Assembly: GCA_964561085.1 (NCBI GenBank)
Contig: CAZLNP010000001.1
Location: 75,335-139,334, forward strand
DNA from: an uncultured Candidatus Saccharibacteria bacterium
GTDB taxonomy: Bacteria; Patescibacteriota; Doudnabacteria; UBA920
Length of the DNA stretch: 64,000 bases
Direction of reading: 5' to 3'
Position 1 is the stretch's first letter; each line of letters opens with the position of its first letter. The translations under genes and the position numbers were made by a program. Below, piece by piece: positions 58,901-64,000 of the stretch. The notes under the pieces are model-generated. The model was not told the DNA's origin, ran no database searches, and saw only the letters and a list, made by a program, of their open reading frames with translations.

Positions 58901-61900
58901 AGATGTCACAGTCCCAGCTGCACCAGTATCAGAGTATGATGTTCCAGATGTAGAATATCTAGTAAAGGTGCCATTGGACCCACCAGAGGAACGATAGATA
59001 TAGTAGCTTGTTGCTAAAGTTGAAGCTGTCCAGGTTAAGTCAACTTGGTTATTTCCGCCGGTCACATTTACATATATATACGCAGGGGCGGATTCCCCCG
59101 TTGCATCAATTGACGTAATAACATAGTAGTAGTTGGCATTCGCCAAGCTACCGCCAGTAGTTGCTGTACCGCTAAAGTTAGTTGGAGCTTGGACGCCGTA
59201 TGCTTTAATGTTTCCTTGGGAAACTGATAGTTTTTCTGCCGGCGACACAGTACCAATCCCCACTCTTTGAGATGTATCAATAGTCAAAGCTGCGGTACTG
59301 TTAGTACCTAAAGTTAAATTGCTAGAGTTAATTGTTTGCACAACCCCAGCACTGGTCATTTGCAAAGTCTCAACATTGCCAGCAGTAACTAAACGGATGC
59401 TTCCGCCACTAGTTCCATCTTGTACGCGCAAATAACTAGCAGAGGTAGCAAGCAACATATTTCCTGTAGCAGAAATTTGAATAGGTTGTGTACTTGAAAG
59501 CTCACTATACCCACCACCATTGTAGGTAGCTTTTAGCATGTCAAAGTAACCACCACCGGAGTCATATCTTAGAAGTAAAGGAGCTACTCCTCCGCTACTG
59601 TTTGCTTGAAGTCTTGCAGTGGGTGATGTTGCATTTATACCAACATTACCATCGCCTTGAATGGTCATTTTTTCTGCCAAAGCGGCTGCGCTATTAACAG
59701 TGTAGAATCCTATATTTGATGTGCGGGAAGCGTGGGTTGCTGTGGTCCAATAAGAAGCAATTCGAGCCATATCTTGGTTGTCAGTGGTGGAAGATTCACC
59801 CTGCAAAAGAATACCTGTTCCAAAGTTGGCAGCTGCAGTACCTGTAGAATTACTTGAAGAAATAAATTGATCAACTATAGTATTAGTTGTTGTGTTATCA
59901 CCATTGTAAGACCTTAGTGCGCCTCCACTACCTCGCAAAGAGAAGTAAAGTCCACCGCCAGAGGAGTATGATTGTAATAAACCACCCGCAGATGTGCTAT
60001 TATTGGGGCGGAAATCTAACCCTGGATAATATCCATTAGTTGCATCGCCGGCTAGAATCAAGGTCGGATTAACACCAGAGACATCCAAATGGATATTTCC
60101 ATTTCCTGAACCACCTGACACAGTTAATTTGGAAGATGGGGCAGTTGTCCCAATCCCCACATTACCTGCATCGAAAATCGCTGCGTAGTTGTTTGTGGCG
60201 CCAGTTGCTGTTGCATACAAACCCACGTTTACAGAAGTCGCGCCAGCGCCAGTTGCTTCTGCTGAAATTGCAGTTCTTGTTTGAGATGCAGTCGCATCAT
60301 TTTGAAGAACTCGTAGCTGGTTGTAGTTTCCAGGAGCGGTAGTGTTAATGCCGACATTACTATTCCCTGTACCAGAGCCACCAGGAACAAATAAAATATA
60401 TTTAGACGCGTTTTGGTTTACTAAAGAAAACTCTCTCGAGCCTCCACCAACATTAAATGTGAAGTCCCCGTTTTGACTAAGCCCGGAATTACCACCTACC
60501 ATTTGAAGAACTTGAGCTGCATCTGTACGACTAAGTGTGACTCTGCCTGTAGTTATCTGAACGTCACCAGCAGTAGTGACTAAGGCATAATTAGCTGCAG
60601 TTGCTCCTGAAGCAGTTAATTGCAATGCGTAGTTTACAGCAGATGCCCCTGTATGAGTATTAGAGATTTGAGCACCATAAGTAGCCTGAGCTCCAGTTAC
60701 AGCTCCTTGCAAAGCAACATTTAATCCAGTTTGATTATTTAGAGCCCCTGTACCATTTGAAGAAAGAGACAGCAAGTTTCCAGAAGTTAATCCATTCCCA
60801 GTAACTGCAGCAAGTGTTCCTGTAGTAGCAGAGTTAGCAGTTAGGTTGAATATACCAGTACCAGTGTAAACGCCAGTATTAGTAAGAGCTAAGTCTGCTC
60901 CAGTTGTTGTTGTGTTAGCTACAGAGATAACATCATTTGCTGTAGCAGGTTGAAGAGTTGTTCCTGTTCTAGACCAATAACCAATAGTACCACTTGTTGG
61001 AGCGGTTGTTGTTAGAGTTCCATTACCACCAGAAGTATATAGAGCGCCGTTGGTTGTTAAAGAGGAGAATTGAATAGTTCCAGAAGAAGAAAGACCAGTA
61101 AGTGCAGAAGCCACACCAGCTGAAGTAATTTTAAAGTTAGTAAAGTCAATTAAGTTGCCGCCAGCTGTGGTTCCTGAAATTAATGTGTCCCAACCTGTAC
61201 CAAGTCTAATGGCAGCCGAAGTTATACCTGTTCCGTCTGTCACATTTCCAATGTTAACACCATTTGGATTACAAGTTGAGCCACCAGTACAAGCTGTGAA
61301 AGTTGGAGCAACTGAGACACCATTAATAGTCTTAGTGCCAGATGCACCAGTAGTCACGTTTACTGTTGGTGAAATTAAAATTCCATTTGTTGTGGAAGTA
61401 GCTGTGCCATTTGTTGCATCTGTAAAGGCTAAGCTAACAAGGCTTCCCGTTTCTGTTGCCGAACCATGATTGTAAGAAGCACTTGAAACTCTATATGCTC
61501 CCCCAGTTGTAAGAGCAGAACCTAGAGTTATAGACTCAGCAATGCCAGTAGTTAGACCTGTTGCTGAAGTGCCTTGAATTGTCCCAGTAGTTGCAGAGTT
61601 TGCAGTCAGAGTAATTAGGCCAGTACCAGTATAAACTCCTGAAGTAGTGACTGCCAAGCCATTGCCTGCAGTTGCAGCACCCATTTGAAGATCAACTAGT
61701 TCTGCATTAGTGGCTAAGTTAGCGCCGCCACCTGTGATGAGCAATCCAGTTCCAGATGTCATGCCAGTGAAAGACATTTTAGAACCATGACCAGTCGTGA
61801 GTGAGTTACCAACAACATTAAATCCAAGGGCGTCAGCTGCGCCAGTTCCTGTATAAACTCCTGTGCTGGTTATAGTAATACCTGCACCCACAGTATTAGC

Positions 61901-64000
61901 ACCAAGAGGTAGGTCTATTAATTCTCCACCAGTTTGCATAGTAGCTCCAGAACCTTGAATTTGCATACCATTACCAGTTGTAATTCCTAAGGTGGCTACA
62001 TAAAAACCAGTACCTGAATTAACAGAGCTCGCAAGTAATGCTAAAGCAGAGGACGATGCTGATTGGTTAGTGTTCGCAGAAGTTACTCTCATTGTTCCGG
62101 AACCTTGGATATAGCCTGTGACACCACTTATAGCACCGGCAGAAGAAATATCAATGTTAGTAGTTTGCAGAGAGAAAGTACCAGAGCCACCGCCAATAGT
62201 CACAAGAGAAGTAGCCCCACCAGTACCAATGTTAACTGCACTAGAGCCTGAGGTATTGATGTTGGTTGTGCCAGTCAAAGTTAAACCACCAGTTCCCTGA
62301 AGTAAGCCAGAGCCAGAGTTAACACCAACCGCTACCACAGCACCAGCTGAAGAAACATCAAAGTTTGTAAAGTCGATTGCGGAAGTTGTACCAACAATAT
62401 TATTGTCAGCAATAGAGAGTGCATTTGTGAAGTCTGTATCAGTGATTGTTATTGCTGTTGTTTCAGCAGTTGCAGCGCCTAAAGTAATGGCACCGTTTTC
62501 AGAAAGCTGGAACAAAGTAGTAGCTGCATCATCTTGCACCAAGATTGGAGAACCAGTGTTTTGAGATTGATCAACAATAATATTCAAGCCATTACCAGTG
62601 TAAGCATTCGCATCTACGCCATCCATTGTAATTTGAATTGCATCACCGGCAAAAGTTCCGCCAGTTGCCTGGTTAACTGTAAGTTGTAATAAGTCACCGG
62701 TCACTGCACCTGTTGTTGTTTCTGTGATAATTACCGGATTGTTTGATGCAGTTTCAATTGTATTACCAGCACCATATGCTGCTTGCAAAGTTACAAGACC
62801 CGCACAAGACGACCATGAAGGAGCTGCTGCTGTATTCCCTACTAAACACTGCCCAGTAGTTCCGACCGCGGTGAATGACAATGCATTTGATGCGCCACCA
62901 TACATCACACCGTTTTGGGTGATGGCGTTAGCTTGCCATGTTCCAGAGTTAATTGATGGAACTCCAGAAGAAGCAGAGAAGTTTTGACCAGTACCACCAT
63001 ATTGAGAACCAACCGCTGTCCCGTTCCATGTTCCCGTTGTGATAACGCCTGTATTGGCAGTGACTACAAGGCCATTGAAGCCTGTCGCATCAGTAATAGC
63101 TCCAGCTGAGGAAATATCTATGTTTGTTGTTTGCAGGGAAAAAGTTCCAGAACCCCCACCAATTGTTGTAAGAGTGTTGTTAGTACCTGTAGAAATGCTT
63201 GTCGCAAAGTTGCTGTTGTTGTTTAGACTCACTGCTCCACCAGCTGTAGTAATACCGACGGAAGCAGCAATAGCTCCAGAAGAATTTACTTGGAACAAAT
63301 CCCCTGAACCAACGGTTAGAAGGGAAGCGGGAGTTGAATCGCCAATACCGACGTTGCCAGTACTAGTTTTAATTGTTACTTGAGTTGTGTTATTTTCTCT
63401 TATAGAAATGTCGCCACCAGTTGGTCTGTTGATGTATAAATTAGTAGCATCACCAAGCAGTGAATAGTTTGAACTAGTTAAAGTTCCCTGAACGCTCAAG
63501 CCTGCATATCCCGTTCCGAAACCTGCATCACCTATAATAGTGCTAAGTTGGCCACTAGTACCTTTTACTTCAAATTTACCCGCCAATGATGCAACACCGG
63601 TCCCTACTCCAACATTTCTACTACTATCTATATATAGAGCATTCCCTGCATTAACATCAAAACGAATATTACCACTAGCCTGTCTATTCACAAAGTAAAG
63701 GTCTGTTGTGTACACACCAAAGTCTGCCTCTGCAGTTCCTGCTTGATCCACGAACTGAACTGCTTCTCCCAAATTACCTTGAACTACTAATGCAGTGACC
63801 TTTGCAGCATCATTAGCAGAAACCCATAATGGATTAAGTTGATCTGCTCCAAAATAAGCACCACTCAAGTTTGTTGGAGTTGATGTACCAATACCAACGT
63901 TTCCACCACTTGCTGGAACTATGATTGCATAGTTATTTGTGCCACCTGAAGCATTAAAGTAACCAGCTACGTTTGTAGAGCTAGTCCCAGTGTGTGTATT
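52907..64000 (-). CDS. Giant fibre/adhesin-like protein, >3650 aa, 5' end beyond window
   Basis: Continuous ORF to the window edge. Dozens of ~30-aa GNVGIGTT.P...L.V.G beta-helix-like units, long internal duplications (DNA approx 58020-58355 vs 60822-61140 about 90% identical), central FNGKLYAGT-type propeller-like repeats, two homologous ~120-aa C-proximal modules and a GSGDSGSG/TPPSGDTPP low-complexity C-terminus. Confidence 0.8.
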   Translation of the reverse strand, partial: NTHTGTSSTNVAGYFNASGGTNNYAIIVPASGGNVGIGTSTPTNLSGAYFGADQLNPLWVSANDAAKVTALVVQGNLGEAVQFVDQAGTAEADFGVYTTDLYFVNRQASGNIRFDVNAGNALYIDSSRNVGVGTGVASLAGKFEVKGTSGQLSTIIGDAGFGTGYAGLSVQGTLTSSNYSLLGDATNLYINRPTGGDISIRENNTTQVTIKTSTGNVGIGDSTPASLLTVGSGDLFQVNSSGAIAASVGITTAGGAVSLNNNSNFATSISTGTNNTLTTIGGGSGTFSLQTTNIDISSAGAITDATGFNGLVVTANTGVITTGTWNGTAVGSQYGGTGQNFSASSGVPSINSGTWQANAITQNGVMYGGASNALSFTAVGTTGQCLVGNTAAAPSWSSCAGLVTLQAAYGAGNTIETASNNPVIITETTTGAVTGDLLQLTVNQATGGTFAGDAIQITMDGVDANAYTGNGLNIIVDQSQNTGSPILVQDDAATTLFQLSENGAITLGAATAETTAITITDTDFTNALSIADNNIVGTTSAIDFTNFDVSSAGAVVAVGVNSGSGLLQGTGGLTLTGTTNINTSGSSAVNIGTGGATSLVTIGGGSGTFSLQTTNIDISSAGAISGVTGYIQGSGTMRVTSANTNQSASSSALALLASSVNSGTGFYVATLGITTGNGMQIQGSGATMQTGGELIDLPLGANTVGAGITITSTGVYTGTGAADALGFNVVGNSLTTGHGSKMSFTGMTSGTGLLITGGGANLATNAELVDLQMGAATAGNGLAVTTSGVYTGTGLITLTANSATTGTIQGTSATGLTTGIAESITLGSALTTGGAYRVSSASYNHGSATETGSLVSLAFTDATNGTATSTTNGILISPTVNVTTGASGTKTINGVSVAPTFTACTGGSTCNPNGVNIGNVTDGTGITSAAIRLGTGWDTLISGTTAGGNLIDFTNFKITSAGVASALTGLSSSGTIQFSSLTTNGALYTSGGNGTLTTTAPTSGTIGYWSRTGTTLQPATANDVISVANTTTTGADLALTNTGVYTGTGIFNLTANSATTGTLAAVTGNGLTSGNLLSLSSNGTGALNNQTGLNVALQGAVTGAQATYGAQISNTHTGASAVNYALQLTASGATAANYALVTTAGDVQITTGRVTLSRTDAAQVLQMVGGNSGLSQNGDFTFNVGGGSREFSLVNQNASKYILFVPGGSGTGNSNVGINTTAPGNYNQLRVLQNDATASQTRTAISAEATGAGATSVNVGLYATATGATNNYAAIFDAGNVGIGTTAPSSKLTVSGGSGNGNIHLDVSGVNPTLILAGDATNGYYPGLDFRPNNSTSAGGLLQSYSSGGGLYFSLRGSGGALRSYNGDNTTTNTIVDQFISSSNSTGTAAANFGTGILLQGESSTTDNQDMARIASYWTTATHASRTSNIGFYTVNSAAALAEKMTIQGDGNVGINATSPTARLQANSSGGVAPLLLRYDSGGGYFDMLKATYNGGGYSELSSTQPIQISATGNMLLATSASYLRVQDGTSGGSIRLVTAGNVETLQMTSAGVVQTINSSNLTLGTNSTAALTIDTSQRVGIGTVSPAEKLSVSQGNIKAYGVQAPTNFSGTATTGGSLANANYYYVITSIDATGESAPAYIYVNVTGGNNQVDLTWTASTLATSYYIYRSSGGSNGTFTRYSTSGTSYSDTGAAGTVTSPPLYASSAGQILGNNGINITNSLGWQLISTTGVNTIAGATAYAHAPRLNIMGNYFSFGGSNEGGGNGATLSVYQGLTIQGVDNTYASSLTFKSYEGDLANFHTNPRSGIISLMDAGGNNKFIANPGVADGGSAVGYTLDTTNNLVNATAKLLEVRNQTSAKLTVLASGNVGIGDTTPAALLTVGSGDLFQVNSSGAIAAATGIVSSGTIQFSALTTNGALYTSGGNGTLTTTAPTSGALGYWTRTGTVLSQTTANDTISIANTTTTGADLALTNTGVYTGTGIFNLTANSATTGTLAALSGSGLTSGSLVSATLGSSLTTGSLLSTSGASYNPGSGNTGNLINLAFTNNSTSTSGVSVVSGINIAPTITASGTSGTHDTYSIRIQNAAGSPVNGTQNIYGMRIGNQGASGGETSYGLYVDSQTGAINSYAAVFAGGNVGVGVVPNSANGILQVAGSIGMTGNTEIRQSTNSDGNTLRVLATQLVAANSNSNSYNYSGGGLIAGVSPSGSALLLDVGANDAGTGHRLKVTNDGSGVTGTLFYGTPSLTTLFANSSNGNVGINATTFGTSNKLLVNAYSTVDNNATAQINSANASHKGLVVQGFASQSADLFQAQQSNGTVAFGVGGNSNATVYGLNFAFDQGNSKYVFGTATLPGDAAFAVQNSWSTSAITMKVKAIASQTADLLQLQNSSGAALLAASNYGSITSGFTQLDGSTTAVGTGSNSTSLTVSSDNDFDIGNYVKVDPVSGNCSGSTAVCYAKIIDNPSANLFIISPALTWDNGASVVEMHVPEVGGINTSEPLANRYGRGYFIDGIVAGNGSTYFSDGGISQSLASSTFNFLNNGNTTTLNLGTSATTVNIAGRLTVASGDLTVGAQTDANTGSTFTITNSAAGTFGSETARDGVSSFAIYNGKLYAATAETNGSSVYRHDGGTTWTKVSDSTPGKVVSGDFAEADSMVLTVFNGKLYAGTRTGAAADRGALYSYNGSAWMMDNYTLGEFGAENGIDGISDMVVYGGVLIVATQEADAAQVYSYRGSGAFVNLSYGGSGSQYCTAQNNQDSGQLAVYDGRLFWGIAAGTGSDGARLCVYTGENSNSNNFVRLHTTDGTFSAGGLTAIDDISSLAVHNGRLYFGTAEPDAGQVYSFVFSNASDLEGRFGEPELSFDPTGITEGILDQTQADFTDSVPVLREYNGRLYAGTYSDVNQANLYEYDDTTRKWDIINSTEGTFGSQANVDSLSAIIAFNGTLYLGTTEGGIGSVYTWSKTFTNSYALKFDSGSGNYGSISFVGNQTGDSNADNMGSFLFSHSLVSTTGAYDIAEDYPTREQGLVAGDVLSLNPNETGLVVRSSVGYDRTVVGIYSTKPGLRLSQEEAAINGLPTVPVALAGRVPVNIAPDSAPIAAGDAIVSSGTYPGKAMKASVNGPTIGKALESWTPGTSQTQVLVLVNLSWNGSSTGASSDIVLQAASDTAVNISDNTGSTLFNVNTNTRKLTIGTAADSAELELFGNIIVRGDAQIEGSIMVESIIAESVVAEEVTAETITSETVTAENVVADSVKVSGNSISENYESSDDSLEAGEVVAIDNSEDALIARADMSGSKSILGVVVEESGLELGSELEEGSGNTKYSVALIGRAQVKVSNENGEIMPGDFLVNSATIPGAAMKATKAGSVIGQALETFTGGVGKIDAFIKPSNYNGLAIEDQLAGLTFDYTGTEQGLLNSAQNSSQILEYLISQLPSLDSENLSEVVTDVVVANGEIITPTVTTQTLRADFLSSATSDGGLSVASTTMFNGGLTVDTISAIGDLLSFSSDVEFFGTPYFTSDTAGFAVVKAGVQSVDVVFTREYLAQPIVNASISFEQDVDQELLDEEAREVLKNDSIAAAQTFLAEGITYVVTNKSKFGFTIVLSKPAPSDVKMSWTALAVRNATTFMSIDTPSGFVAGADDGDSGSGDSGSGDSGSGEGSGDGGTPPASDPPADTPSGDTPPSGDTPPGDGGGEGSGTNP

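Noticed and set aside
52876-63383. Short ORFs in other frames or strands across the >3650-aa gene (52909..53133, 52914..53246, 53469..53717, 53847..54218, 57455..57832, 61155..61469, 63039..63383 and others)
   Set aside because: Same reason: embedded in or antisense to one long uninterrupted repeat-rich ORF.
1-64000. CRISPR arrays, rRNA genes, IS transposases
   Set aside because: No regularly spaced short direct repeats, no rRNA-like conserved stretches, and no DDE/HUH transposase-like ORFs were seen; the only recombinases are the two serine recombinases.

Overview
AT-rich bacterial chromosomal window read in the standard genetic code. Two giant repeat-rich surface/fibre proteins (1760 aa, and >3650 aa running off the 3' edge) and generally weak Shine-Dalgarno signals suggest a small-genome lineage such as Patescibacteria/CPR; this is inference only. 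Housekeeping genes: a partial phosphohexomutase, ychF, the rpsF-ssb-rpsR cluster, efp, tsaD and valS. A six-gene minus-strand redox operon (5237-9856) begins with a CsoR-family repressor, has a GC palindromic operator over its own consensus promoter, and continues trxB-gdhA-trxB-like plus two unknown genes. Region 15.4-32.7 kb looks like an integrated mobile element next to tRNA-Glu. It carries tandem overlapping serine recombinases, a split primase (CHC2 zinc finger) plus D5-like helicase module with iteron-like repeats, and a tight five-gene cassette (wHTH, SAM-MTase, DUF4238-like, HEPN-like, unknown) that is the best candidate for an undescribed defense/abortive-infection or toxin module. 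Further cargo is MTase, LOG-like, HAD, a TrmB regulator, a CysK-like PLP protein apparently lacking the Schiff-base Lys, and a repeated intergenic element family. Just upstream is a consensus sigma70 promoter, ~390 nt GC-rich segment and terminator that is either a structured ncRNA or a 71-aa two-helix membrane peptide. The rest holds a Fur/Zur-ZIP zinc module, a MarR-controlled DipZ-like/fasciclin envelope thiol module with conserved TACTTAAG palindromes, a hydroxypyruvate reductase and glycerate kinase pair, and a T-box-like leader before valS. No rRNA, CRISPR array or transposase was seen.
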